Part shown: one piece after another, positions 25,850 through 39,126 of the stretch
Numbering within the stretch: the first letter of the stretch is position 1
Layout of the letters: each line of letters begins with the position of its first letter
From: Vicugna vicugna
Lineage: Eukaryota
Reading direction: 5' to 3'
Length of the DNA: 64,000 nucleotides
NCBI GenBank assembly: GCA_013265495.1
Contig: MU058824.1
Span: forward strand, 2,383,111-2,447,110
The notes under the pieces: model-generated
Database searches by the model: none
Seen by the model: only the letters and a program-made list of their open reading frames with translations
Told to the model about the DNA's origin: nothing
Position numbers and translations under genes: made by a program

Positions 25850-27490
25850 ACTTCAAAGCAAGGAAAGTTATTAGAGATGAAAAAGGAGAGTATAGAATAA
25901 TAAAGGGGCCAATTCTCCAAGAAGACATAACAATCCTTAATGAGTATGTGCCTAACAACAGAACAACAAACCAAGTGAGGCAAAAACTAATAGAATTACA
26001 AAGAGAGATAGATGAATCCACTATCATAGTTGGAGACTTCAACACCTTCTATCAGATATGGACAGATCCAGCAGGTCAAAGATCATAAAGGACATAACTG
26101 AACTCAACAACACCATCAATCAACTGGATAAAATTGACATCTATAAACTATCTCACCCAACAACAGCAGAATACACATAATCTTCTCATGCACACATGGA
26201 ACACTCACCTAGATAGGCCACATTCTGGGCCATAAAACACACCGTAACAAATATAAAAGAAAAGAAATCAAACAATGTGTGCTCTCAGACCACACTGGAA
26301 TCAAACCAGATGTCAATAACAGAAAGATAACTGGAAAACTCTCAAATACATGGAGGTTAAACAACACACTTCTAAATAACACATGGGTCAAAGAAGAAAT
26401 CTCAAGATAAATTATAAAGTATTTTGAACTATGACTAAGTGGGATTTACCCCAGGTATGCAAGGCTGGTTCAACATTGGAAAATCAATTAATATATTCCA
26501 TCAGTCAACAAGCTAAAAAAGAAAAATCATATCAATAGATGCAAAAAAAATTGACAAAATCCAACATCCATGCATGATAAAAACTCTCAGTAAACTAGGA
26601 ATAGAGGGCAACCTCCTTAAATTGATAAAGAGTATCTACCAAAAAAATCTACAGTTAACATCATACTTAGCAGTGAGAAACTTGAAACTATTACTAAGGT
26701 CAGGTGCAAGGCAAGAATGTCCCCTCTCAGCACTCCTTTTCAAAATACTGTAATAGAAGTTATAGCTAATGCAATAAGGCAAGAAAAGGAAACAAAAGGT
26801 GTACAAATTGGGAAGGAAGAAACAAAACTGTCTTTGTTTGCAAATGACATCATTGTCTATGTAGAAAATACAAAAGAACTGACAAAGAAAAGTCCTGGAA
26901 CTAAAAAGCAGTTACATGGGAAGGGATAGACTGGGATTTCAAAATTGTAGAATAGATAAACAAGATTATACTGTATAGCACAGGGAAATATACACAAAAT
27001 GTTATGATAAATCACAGAGAAAAAAATGTGACAATGAGTGTGTATATGTCCATGAATGACTGAAAAATTGTGCTGAACACTGGAATTTGACACAACATTG
27101 TAAAATGATTATAAATCAATAAAAAATGTTAAAAAAAAAGCAGTTACAGCAAGGTCGCAGGATACAAGGTTAATACACTAAAGTCTATCACTTTCCTGTA
27201 TGTCAGTAATGAAAAAGTGGAATTTGAAATTAAAAACACAATACCATTTACATTAGCACTCCAAACAATGAAATACTTAGGTATAAAGCTAACAAAGTAT
27301 GTACAAGATCTATATAAACAAAACTACAAAACTCTGATGTACAAAATCAAAGAACTAAATAAATGGAGATATATCTCATGTTCATGTCCAACATTGTGAA
27401 GGTAATAGTTCTTCCCATTTTGATATAGATTCAATGCATTCCCAGTTGAGATCCCTGCAAGTTATTTTATGGATATCAACAAACTGATTT
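25850..27490 (+). mobile_element. Old L1 ORF2 (endonuclease and RT pieces, internally deleted)
   Basis: ORF 25846..26088 has IKGPILQEDITILNEYVPN...IIVGDFNT (EN domain); ORF 26717..26929 has IGKEETKLSLFANDIIVYVEN (RT). Confidence 0.92.
26917..27134 (+). mobile_element. Young L1 3' end nested in the older L1, 14-bp TSD
   Basis: AAAAAGCAGTTACA at 26903-26916 and 27135-27148; L1 3' UTR with aataaa and A-tail. Confidence 0.88.
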
Positions 27491-28295
27491 CTGCTAAATG
27501 GTTAATTACCATGGCTGGTAAGCTAATTCCTGCACCTTTTACCTGCTATTGGTGTTGTACTAATCACATTGTACTGTTATCTGTCAGCTGTCTGCATGGC
27601 TGAACTGTTTTGTTAATGAAAGGGTGAGCTGTGATTGTCTTGGTCACAGTTGTATTCTCAGAGCCTAATTCTGCCCTGGGCACAGAGAGACTCAATAAAT
27701 ACGTGTTGAATGCTTGAAAAAAAAAAGAATTGATGGCTAATTTATAATAAGTACAATTTAATTTAATTAGCAATGTCTTTAAGACATAGGTAAAAAACAA
27801 ATACAATTGATTGTTGGGAACCACTGATAAAAATAATAATTTTTAGATATGAAGAAACAGGACCAAGGAGAGACAGGCTCTTGTCCAAACATGACATGTT
27901 GTGTGGAAAGAGACTGGCATAGTGTCCATGTGACTTGCATTTAAATCTCAGCTTCACCTCTCACTCGCTTTGCAACTTTGGACAAAGCAAGTTGCCTGAG
28001 CTCCCTGTGCTCTGGGTTCTTCATCTGCAAAGTGGGGAGCCCTGCACCTCTGGGATAAGGGGTGGTTGTGGAGATTAACTAAGATAATGTACAGATGGTG
28101 CCTGGGTAATGGCCATTCTGTCCACATCCTCTCCTGGTTCCTGGACCAGTGCCTTTCTCCACACACCACAACACACCACACCACACCACACTGGGTTCCT
28201 CATCAGTGGCACATGGCCAGTCCTGAGGCCACAATGTGAACCTTTCTGTCTCTATGCTTCCTACTCTCAATGCAGCAGAACAGACAGGTACATAC

Positions 28296-28403
28296 AAACG
28301 CCACGGGGTCATTGCTCCTTGTCCCCACGATGCTGAACTTCTTCACGTATGAGTTCTCTTTCAGGGCTTCTGCGTATGCCTTGAGAGTGGGTATGGGGAT
28401 ATT
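28296..28403 (-). CDS. TMOD1: Tropomodulin-1 exon 7 (108 nt), LRR domain
   Basis: ctctgcag|[36 protein letters not shown]|gtatgt. Confidence 0.98.
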
Positions 28404-30086
28404 CTGCAGAGAGAAAGGCAAGCAGTGACCAGCAGCGCCTGCCAGGGGCAGGTAGGGCAGACAGATGGGGCAGTAACTCTCTCACATATGCAACCTGATT
28501 CCCAGCAAGTCTCTGACCAAAAAGCTGGATGGACAAAGGCTTCCTCCTTTGCCCTAAATGGCTTTTGGTAAACAGATTGAGAAAATCCTCCCTAAAAATT
28601 TCAGATGGGACCTGCAACTTTCTCTCTGTACATGCAGAGACCGGAGGAGAAGGAAGACATCAAGGCAAAGGAGGCAGAGAAGCATGCCGAGAGCTCAGGC
28701 CTGGGTGGGGGAATGGGCAGGGGCCTGGCTCCACCCCAGCCCTTGGCAATGTTCCTGACTCACTGTGTGACTCTGGGGAAGTCTCTTCCTCTCTCTGGGT
28801 TTGCTTTTGGAAAACTAAGTTGGGATGATCTTTAAGAGACATCTGTCCCAGAGGGTCTCAGCCCCGCCACATATAGGAGGCTCCTGAGGAACTTTCACAA
28901 AATGCTGATGCTCAGGCCTGCCCTGGACCAATAAAATCAGAACCTCTGGGGGAGAGGGACTGGGCATTGACTTTTTTTTTAATCTTCTCAAGTGAAAACC
29001 ACTGATCTAGTCCAAATGCTTCATGTGCAGAGGGGAAACTGAGGCCTGGAGAGGGCTGTGCCCTCACCTGAGGCCCCACGGTGAAGGGGCAGGGCCATGG
29101 CGTGGTTCCACACCCCCATGCCTCCCCAAGCCAGTGTGTGCTGCCAGGGTACACAGTTCTGAATTGTGCCAGTGTCTCCCACTGCACACATGGCAGACAG
29201 TGGAGGCACCCAAGAGAGAACCTGGCTGTCTGAATGGATCTTGCATTTCAGAGCGTCACTTTAGCCCCCATGGGAGCAGAGCATGGGAGGCCAGGTGGGG
29301 GAGATCACCGCAGGCACAGGTTTCCAATCTGATAGTGCCGTGAGACTGGCAGCCACTTAAAAGAAAGTGGAGAAGAAAGGAAAGGAGAGCTGGGAGTGAG
29401 GGGCCCACTTCTTAACTTACCCCACCTACCGCCCCCTCCCTTGAGAACTAATCCCTCTGGCCTCCGGGCTGAGCAGGTGGGCAGGCAGCTGGGCCTGCTT
29501 CTGAATTCCTTCTGTGGCCTGTCCAGGGAAGGACTGCCTCTCTATCCATCCCTCCTCTGCCTTTGGTGGGCACACGAGAAACATCCAGAGAGATGTGGGC
29601 TGATATCGTGGAATATGTCTTGGGACCTTTGGTCGACAGCTCCCCTCTAGGGTTTCGGATTGAGGCTGAATATGGTTCAGGGCTAGGCCTCTCCCTGGGC
29701 TTGGGTTACCCCATGAGCCTGGTGGGCGCTGGGCTTTTCCAGCCTTGAGATCCGGTGTAGCCATATGCGTCTGACTCACAATTTTATCTCAGAGATGCTC
29801 TCAGTGTTTTGAATAAGGTGGCAGGTTTCCAGAGTCGAAGCTGGGCTGGCCTGTGGGGAACATCTGGGTCTGACGTCAGTCCCAGAAAGAAACCGGGACC
29901 GTGGGCTGTGCTGTTTTACACTGTCCTCCCTCCAAAAGGTTTTGTTTCTATTTCTGATTCAGAAGCACCCAGAGTCCAAGCAGGACACTGTTGTCTCTGC
30001 ATAGCCAGGCGCGGGCCTCTGGGTCTCGGTGGCATGGCACAGGGCTTTCCCCCACCCCAGGGGAAGCGGGCTGAGCAGGGCCTCAC

Positions 30087-30217
30087 CCGGATGTTGTTGA
30101 GGTTGACCTCTTCAAGCTTCGGGTCGTTGTTCTTCACCCGCTCCAGCGTTTCCTCTACATCTGTTGCATTTGGTTCTTCATCGGGCACGGGCTTGTATTG
30201 TGTAGGTTTGATCACAC
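30087..30217 (-). CDS. TMOD1: Tropomodulin-1 exon 6 (131 nt)
   Basis: ctctag|(S)[43 protein letters not shown]|gtgagg. Confidence 0.98.
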
Positions 30218-31154
30218 CTAGAGTGACCAACAAAAGGGGGGTGGCTCACAGAGACAGGGCATCACTTTCCCTCGACACAATGACACTGACACTGGAAGGA
30301 AGTGGGGGCAGAGCTCAGGGATCTGAAAGGCTGCACATCATGGGGGCTACAGGGTTGGGGGGAGGGTGGGCGATGAGCTAGGAGAAGCCCTGGGCAGGGC
30401 CAGGAGTCTGGGCCCCACTTGGACTCTGCCTCTGGCGTCCTGCAAGAACTGGGTGAATTAGCTCAATTCTCCAAACCTCAGTGTCCTCATCTGTAGAGTG
30501 TGAATAGTCGTTCTATGACTCGTTAGGATAAAACAAAGCCTGGATGGGAAAGAAATGGGTAGGCTTTCCAGAGGGAGGGATAATTGTGCTTTGGGTGCCC
30601 TCATTTCTCTTTGGGGCCAAAATACCAGCGTGGAACAATGCAGTGGAGCAATTAAGACAAGGCACTATGGGCACAGGGAAGGACAAGTAGACTCGTGGAG
30701 CAGGATAGAGGCACCCAGACAGGCCCATGTGGCTATAAGGACATTTATGATCCAGGTGGAGTCCCAAACCAAGAGTGGAAGGTTGAACTTTGCAAAGAGT
30801 GGTGTTGAGACAATGCAATACTGATTTTAAAAATGAAAGTGTGATCTCATCTCACACCACACACAAACATGAACTCCACGTGGATTAAGAAATTGAATAT
30901 AAGAAGTAAACCTTTAAAACTTAAAAAGGGAAATATAGGAGGATGTTTTTACAATATTGGGGTGGGGAAGGCCTTTGTAAACAAGTCACAAATCCCAGGA
31001 GAGGAAAAGGAAAAGGTGGATAGATTTGGCTCCAATGAATTTGAAATCTTCTGCAATGAGCCGGAGAGCAGGAGTGGGCAGAGGCAGCCAGATGCGGGAG
31101 GACGCTGCACTTCCACGGCGCCCTTGCTGGGGCAGGGAGGGGCTGGGTACTCAC

Positions 31155-31244
31155 TGTTGAGTCCCTCCTTGTTCACGATGGAGCTGCTGCCCAGGGCCTG
31201 GTAGTATTGCTGGTTGCTCATGAGCGTGTGCATGCCCAGGATAG
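31155..31244 (-). CDS. TMOD1: Tropomodulin-1 exon 5 (90 nt)
   Basis: cccacag|(A)ILGMHTLMSNQQYYQALGSSSIVNKEGLN A|gtgagt; visible within ORF 30949..31353. Confidence 0.98.
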
Positions 31245-31487
31245 CTGTGGGGACACGGAGAGGGCCCATGACATACCTCTCAGACAAAGGGCCTCCTGGG
31301 CGGGAACATTCCACACCCCAGGAGGTTTTGCTCACAGAAGGGGCAAGAAACACTTGCAGGTAGACTTTAAAATTTTATTCAGTTTTTACTCTTGCCTCTA
31401 TTGACGTAACTCTTGAATCTCTGTCTCCAGCCTAGACTTCTCTAGTCCCCAGCCTCAGATTCCTAGATATCTCCATGATGTCCCAGG

Positions 31488-31650
31488 ATACAGGATGCCC
31501 AGTTAAATTGAAATTTCAGATAAACAAAGAACAATGTTTTAGTATAAGTGCATCCTATTTAGTATTTGAGACCTATTTATATTAGAAACTTATTTATTGT
31601 TTATCGGAAATTCACATCCAGTGGAGCATCCTGTATTTGATTTAACAACT
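31488..31650. mobile_element. MER53 palindromic hAT MITE
   Basis: Inverted repeats ATACAGGATGC (31488-31498) / GCATCCTGTAT (31626-31636) and aatttcagataaacaa / ttgtttatcggaaatt. Confidence 0.8.
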
Positions 31651-34600
31651 CTCCCTCCCCATCCTTCAAGATTTGGAGCCATGCTTCCTCCCCCAGGGAG
31701 TGCTCCTGGATTCCAACCTCTCCCTCTCTAGCTCTCACAGCACCTGCTCTCCTTATCACAGTACATAGTCTACACAGTGTTAGAGCTACCTGGACATATC
31801 TGTGCTTCCCCTACTGGACTGTGGGCTTCCAGAGGTCAGAGAATATTCTCTCTCTTCTACCTCTTCCAGAATATGGTATTTGATAAACATCTGCTCATTT
31901 AAAAAAAAATTCCCCTGGTCATTTCATTAGACATGATGTCTAGTTAGAGGAAAGAGTCCTTAGGGAAGAGTCAGGAGACCCAAGTTCCAGGCCTGTCTCT
32001 GCCCCTGATGGGTGTAAACCTGGGTAAGTCCCCTCCCCTGTCTGGGCTTTAGCCTCCTCTGTGCAATGAGGGGCGAGACTACACCATGGGTTCTCCATCA
32101 TGGCTACACATACAAATCGCCCGGGAGCTCCAGGGCACTACAGTGTTCCTCCTGGATGAACTGATCTGACTCTCTGGAGATATATTTTTAATCTCCTTGC
32201 ATGATTTTTGATGCTTAGTAGGAGCAAAGTACCACAAGACAAGATGATCTCAAAGTCTCTTCTGTTTCTCACATTCTAAGAGTCTTCTCTTCTAAAATTA
32301 GACTTGCCTGCTCATCGCTAAGGAGAACTGGTAGGGAGGGAGGCATCTGCACTTTTTTGAGCTCCCTGGGCTTTAATTTAGGCTGCGTCTACGTGGGCAG
32401 TGGGAGCTGAGCCCTGAGTCAGCAGCAGGTGAATCAGATCACCTCGAGTCACCTTCTGGAGCTGGCTCTTCCAGCTCCTACACAGAGTGGCTTTGGTGGT
32501 TGTTCTGGGCTGCTACTGAGATCCAGGTTTGGAAAAGTTGCTGGGAAGCAAAGGAAAGATGTAACCTCATATGGCAAGCTGGTCTTGCTTAGAGTGCTTA
32601 GAAAGGTGGAAAATGGAAAATGCATTTTGTGCTTGGATGATAGCTTTTCATAGTGATCCAGAAAGTGGGGGCAGGAGCGAGAAGGTTACAAGGAAGTGCC
32701 AGGGGACAGAGGAAGGAGACATGGGCTCCAGTCTTGGTACTAATTTGCTGTCCAGGCCACCTCCACTTTCTGGGCCTCAGGGTTCTCACCTGTAACATGG
32801 AGAGTGTTTGAACGATGATCTCTTACCTTCACGTGGGACTTAATAGCCACATGACAATTTCTCACCTTTTTATGCTGTTTGATTTTACAACAAGCATCCA
32901 GGGCGGGTGCTGTTGACCTCCCTTTTTCCAGCAGGCTCGGGAGGGAAATGGTTAGTCAAAGACTGTTCGGCGAGGACCCTCCTGGCTTCTAAGTCAGTCT
33001 TCCCACCCATGCCTCCACACACTAGGTCACCAGCAGGTCTAAAGTTCTAAAACTTTCCCTCAATGTCAGAGTTCTAAGGACAGACAACATATATTCTAGG
33101 AGGTAATGTATGTCAATAGCAGGCCTAAAAAGAAAGAAAACCATTTTGCAGAGGAGATTAGGGTTCTAAGAAGGATGGACGGAGGAGGGAGGGAGAGAAG
33201 GAAGGAGGAGGGAAGGGCCATGCTCACTCTCCACTGCTGAGCAGAATGCCTGGTGGCTCCGAAGCCAGTTTTCCCTTCTCCCACCCTAGGCACCAAGTCA
33301 TGACTTTCTGCTTGCTTGGTTTATTGGTTTGGTCCACGTCACCAGGAGTGAGTGATGGAGAGAAACAGCACATCACTGCTGCTTCATTCTTTGTAGATAT
33401 TGGCAGGGCTGAATTTAGCACTGGGGAATGTGATTTCTTTAAAAAAAAAAAAGTCTAGATCTTCCTCAAAACTCAAAAAGGACTATTTTTGAACTCTGAA
33501 AAAGAACATCAAGTACTCCTTTCTCTCTCTGCCTTGGCAGGGTTCATTCAGCTGGTAATTCCTCTTAGGACACAGAGAGATAGCGGTACACAACCCTAGC
33601 TTCTCCAGCTGCCAAGTGGCTCGGGGCAGGCGGCAGGAAGGCGTTTTCCTGCATCCTAGGAACAGGTGAGAGAAGCTGGCTCTGGCCCAGGACTTGGGAG
33701 CAGTTGAATCAACTGCTCCTGGATAAGCCACACCCTGACCCTCATAGAACAGGTGGAGAAGAGGTGCCTAAGGACAGGAAGGTACTCCAGAAGCCGGGGT
33801 GGTCTGGCTAAGACTGTCTCTGATAGTCACAAGTTCTGGGCGTGCCAGCTGCCCTGGGGTAGCCTAGGGGTTGGCCATTCTGAAGGGTGAGTCTCCTTAA
33901 CCCCAATTCCTTCTTGGGTCCTGCCCCGCCTGCAGGGTCCCTAAGGTGAGCCAGGGTCACATCCCTGACTAGGGAGGGGAGGCACTGATCACACACGTGC
34001 CTACAGCTGACTCCTGGTGGCCTCCGAGCTACAACCCAAGGCCACATGCCAAGGATTTAGCACTGTCAGGGGCAGGTGCATTGCTCATCACCCACACTCA
34101 ACACTTTTCATGTTTCTGGTCTGTCCTCATCATCACATCCCAGGCCTCCACAGTCAGGGACTGGATCTGATTCATCCTAGCTATGTACCTTGACTCTGAG
34201 TGAATGAATGAGTGCATGAATGATGCACAAACAAGAAAACAAATGAGCAAGTGAGAGTTCACAGGTCTTGCTCAGTGCGACACATCTGCTGGGTGTCCTC
34301 CTACATGTCCCCATTGTCTCCAAGTATCAAGCCTGATGCACGTGCACCTGCAAAGCAACGGCTCAGAGGAGCCACCTCTTCCCCAGCTCAGAGCCTCTTC
34401 CCCACTGTGTCCCTCCCTGGAATGGACCCCCCTCCCGCCGCCCCTTCCTGCTCCCCTAGCTCTCACCACTCTTCCTCCTTTTGGCTCAGCTTCAGTCTCT
34501 ACCCTCATCTTGCAGCCCCACCACCTAACAAGCCCCCTTCTGCACTCTGCTTTTTTCCCTATGACACTCACTCAACACTCACTCTCACTTGTCCTTTCAT

Positions 34601-36784
34601 GTTGGCATCAGTGTTTGTTTAACAGCTCTGCAAGGGCAAGAACCCGGCTGTTTGCTTACAATTAGTCCTGAGCAAACGAAGGCTAAGTTAATGGGACTGC
34701 TCTGCCTGGGAGTCGAGTTGCAAGGACTAGAGATGACCCAACACACCTCCTCTTCTTTCTCTAATGAGTCCTCCGCTCATGGCTCCAGCTACTCCCTCCT
34801 CGAGAAAGGCTCCTCCCTCCCTCCAACACACCCAGCACTCAGGCAAGTGTCCAGTCTCCATCGCCCCGGTCTCTTGTGGCATCTTTGAAACTGACTCACA
34901 GCAGAGCAGCTCTCCTCCTGTCCCCCAGGCACCCAGCTGTTTCCTGGGGCCTCAGGCCGGAAAGTCTGGCGTCATCTCAGCCTCTTAGCCTCTAATCCAG
35001 CACTGGGAACAGCTGGACTCTCGCTGGAGCCACATCCCAGAAACAGTCCACCTGGGCCCTTGGCCTTACCTGGGGCCTGCTTCCTACATCCTCCCATCCT
35101 CAGAACACCACCGCCTCTAGGCTCAAACCCCTGCTTTCACCTGGTCTCTCCCAATACTCCTCTAGGCTCGGGTGTCAGTGCTTTAGCTTGACATCCAGAT
35201 CCTTTTCTAATTCGGCCCTATCCTCCCCCAGCCGACTCAGTAAAACTCGGCCACGCACCCCTTCTCATCCCACTGCGTCCATTCCCCTGCTCTGGAGGGC
35301 TTTATCCCGGTTGTACTGGGAGGTGATGCTGCAAGTGGGCCCTAGAACCAAGATGTCTCCTGGGTTCCAACCTCATGGGCAAGGCAGTTAATCCACTGTG
35401 CTTACTTTCTCCATCTGTAAAATGGGGGCATCAGTAAAATGTACTTCATAGGATTGCTGTGGTCAATAAATGCAGCCAGGTATTGAAAGCAACTCCCATA
35501 GCCCCCACATAGTTGGGAGTCAGCAAATGTTCTGCACCTCCTTCCACTGCCACCTCTCAAATGCTGACATTCAACAACAGGCGTCCAAGGTTAGCCAGTT
35601 AACGCCGGTGTCACCTTACAGCACCCCTCTCCTTTCCGGACATTGGAAGGGTATGGTATCATGAACAGATACTAATAATTAGCCATGCCAACAAAAATAA
35701 AGAGGAACGGCTTCAAGAAATCCACTCAGAAACGTAGCACAATATTGCTATTCTATTTTGGCACAGGAACTGGCGGTTCCAACAGTGGAGTCATTTGATA
35801 ATCCCTCCGAGCTGCCTAATGAGGAGAGTGACGTCATGCGGAGTGATCGGAGAAGGACCAGGACACCAGCAGCCCCCAGGGTGAGTCAGTGTGGAGATGC
35901 TGGACAACAACCATGTCACCCACCCGCCTCCCTGCTGCACTGATTAACTAGAAGTCAAGGGGACCCTGCATCAGGGAGACGGTTCCGTCAAAATACACGA
36001 GCCTCAAGTGGGATCTAATATGACTTGTGTGGCTTTAGACAAAACAAATCTTGAATGGCCGAGCAAACCAGCTAAGCACCTGAGCTAAGTGCTCCACTTC
36101 CAACCTGGTGAAATCCTCACTGCTTTGTCCTTCATAGTGAAAATGAATACCTTTCTCTCTCAACCCTGACACCGTTGAAGCCACTGCCCTTTGTCCTTTC
36201 CCAAAATTCCTGCCTCCATTCAGGGTTATCTGGATGGAGTGTCTACACATCGGCTCTCTTCATGCACCCCTTAGGTCCCTGAAACCTGGCTTTGGCCACC
36301 CCCCGCTCCTCCCCCAGGAATGTTGTCAAGACTCGTGCACAACACCCACAAGAAGCAGGAGGGTGTGAGAGGCAGAACACACCTGCGGCTGGCAGAGTCC
36401 CCTCACCTGGCCCCTGGGCTCACACACTTGAGTCTCCAGCCGGCCCAGAACCCTCATTCAGTCTCCCTAGCTCTTGCATTAGGTTCTGCCCATCTTGACT
36501 CAGTGTTTGGTTCCCAGCCCATCTGTGGCTGACTGGCCCCCATTGTGGCTACTGCTACCCTATTTCCACTCCTTGTCTCCCAAAGGCTTCTCCCTCGGCT
36601 AGGGCCCTTGACTCCACCTGCAGCTTGATGATGCTAATGACACCCACCTCTCCATCTCCCCTTGCAGACCTCAAGACTTCCACTCCAACTGCTCCCACTT
36701 GAGTGGCCCACAGGCATCTCTAACTCCAAAGGTCCTAGACTAACTCCGTATTTCCCTACACCTGCTCCCCACCCCTCCACCCAC

Positions 36785-37132
36785 TGCTACAGCTGAACTG
36801 TGTCCCCCCAAAATTCATATGTAGAATAAGGAAATGTCTGGAACTATATTTGGAGATAAGGTCTTTAAAGAAGTGATTAAGTTACAATGAGGCTATAGGG
36901 TGGATCCTAATCCAATCTGTCTGGTGTACTTACAAGAGGGGATTAGAACACACAGAGGGACACAGGGAGATATGGTCATCCACAAGCTGAGGAGAGAGGG
37001 TTCAGAGGAAAACAAACTTGTGGACACTTTGATCATGAACTTCAAACCTCCAGAGCTGTGAGAAAGTACCCTTCTGTTGTTTAAGCCACCAGCCCATGGG
37101 ATTTTGTGAGGGCAGCCTGAGCAGACTAACGC
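36785..37132 (+). mobile_element. MLT1A/B-type MaLR solo LTR
   Basis: tgctacagctgaactgtgtccccccaaaattcatatgt...tttggagataaggtctttaaag...ctgttgtttaagccacc...cagcctgagcagactaa. Confidence 0.85.
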
Positions 37133-38010
37133 ACCCACCTGCATTAATGGTACCGACATCCACTTACTCTCTGGAGCTAGATCTGGGCTCCTCTCTGACC
37201 TCATAGTCGACCCTGTGTTTCCCAACCCCTTCCCACTTGCCTGAGTCTCTCCCTACCCCATCTACTCCCCTTTCATCATCTGGCTGAGGGTTGGTATCCC
37301 CCAAGACTGCAGAATAATAAAAAGACCACTACCTGCCCCACTGGCCAGCGAGCACAGCGTGATGGTGTGCAGGCTGTGGCCAGAGCCTGACCCCTGATGG
37401 GTAAGGGACACGGGCGAGTGGGGTAGGTACTAGATAGTAACAAGGGGACAAATGCAAGTGGCAAAGGGCCCTGGATATCAGGCCACCTTCGGGAGTTTTA
37501 GGTGTTGTTTGTGAAGATCACATGGAAATGCACAGGAAGATGGAGGGTGTTGTACAAATATGAGATCTGGGTGATGACCTCAAAGCCCAGCTCTCTGAGC
37601 TGTTCAAAGTGGTAAAATCAGACGACTTGCTCTGACCCTCTGTGAGCCTCCCAGCCCTCTGTCTGCCCCCTCTAACCTCTCCTCCCAGGCAGCCTGGGCA
37701 GGATTGGATGCGATGGCTGGAAAGGGCCCAGGCTGCCCTCCCTGGGATACTGGCACATCCCTCTGGGATGGGGTCTCATGGCCTCAACAGGTGGTTCCGT
37801 GGTGGGATGAGCTTGGGTGGTTTTATCTCTATTTCCCTCATTTCAGTTTTTGATAATAGATTTAGATTTAGATAATAGATAATAGATTTCCTCTAGTCCT
37901 CATTAGAAACAGAGAGGGTGTTTATCTTATAATGAATGATCCAGGGCTCCCCTGCAAATGCGAGTCCAAACCTTTTGGAGGATGTGGGGAAGATCAGGAA
38001 CACCGCTTAC

Positions 38011-38130
38011 CTGCGATGTCACAGAGTTCTGCGTCTGAGGCGTTGGCCAGGGCCTCCTCCAGCTCCGGCTCCAGCGTTACAGTTTCCAGCACAGGGTCCA
38101 TCGGCTTCTGCTTGGGGACCCAGACCTTTC
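38011..38130 (-). CDS. TMOD1: Tropomodulin-1 exon 4 (120 nt)
   Basis: ttttcag|(G)KVWVPKQKPMDPVLETVTLEPELEEALANASDAELCDIA G|gtaagc. Confidence 0.98.
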
Positions 38131-39126
38131 CTGAAAACACACAGGCTCCCATTACAGGGTGCCCATGTTGGGCAGCCTCTGGTGACAGCCCCAGGTGAGC
38201 CGTCCCAGAGCCCTGTGATCCCTCGATGCTGAGACTTCCTTAAAGTGTCTCCCTCTGGGGACAGAGACCAGACTCGCCCAAAGAAAGGGACTCAGAGATC
38301 TCCAACAAATCACCCTTCACATTTGAAAAAATTAACTTTATAACTTGGTCAAGTGGGACTGCTTGTGATGGAAAACACTGGTCATTCGTTGCAACAATTT
38401 GTAAGTGGGGAAAAATACAATAGAAAAATATAATAGAATGTCAGGGTCTGGGATACTCTAAAAAGGGTTCTGGCATGAGTGAAAAATTCAGAAACATTTT
38501 AAAACAAAATAAAATACACTCAGGTTATTAAAAGAGGAATAGGGTGAAAATATGTCTTCTGGGACATCATATTTCTAAAGTGTCAGAGTCGTAAATGAAC
38601 AACGGAGCAACAGGCATGCACAAGGATGGCCAGGCAGCATTCACCCAGAGGCGTTGTTGGAGAAATTACGGGGCACTCACACAATGGCGTCCCAGCAGTT
38701 GTTAATATAAAGGATGATGGCGATCTCTGCATACTAACAAAGGAAAATATCTGAGACACAACGCTGTGTTTTGAAAAAGCAGGTTTACAAAACAGCATGA
38801 ATTATTTAAGTCCATTTATGAAAGATTGTACATGTACCTATTTATTCATACAACACGTATTTATTGAGTGCCTGGCACCTTTCTTGGCGCCAGGGTAACA
38901 GCAGTGAACAGACTGCAGTTTAGTGAAAGGAGACAGATAATAAACAAACATGTAAAGATGTCAGATAGCACTAAGCATCACAAAGGAAAACAAAGCAGAG
39001 CCGAAGTTCCAGGCTGGTGGGGTGGGGAAGGCGGGCTCTGCTATTTTGAGTAGGGTGATCAGTGAAGATGACCTGTGAGCTGGGACCTGACAGAGTGAGG
39101 AAATAAGCCCCCCAGATCAGCAACAG

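Noticed and set aside
29809..30381. 190-aa plus-strand ORF
   Set aside because: Antisense shadow of TMOD1 exon 6 in GC-rich sequence
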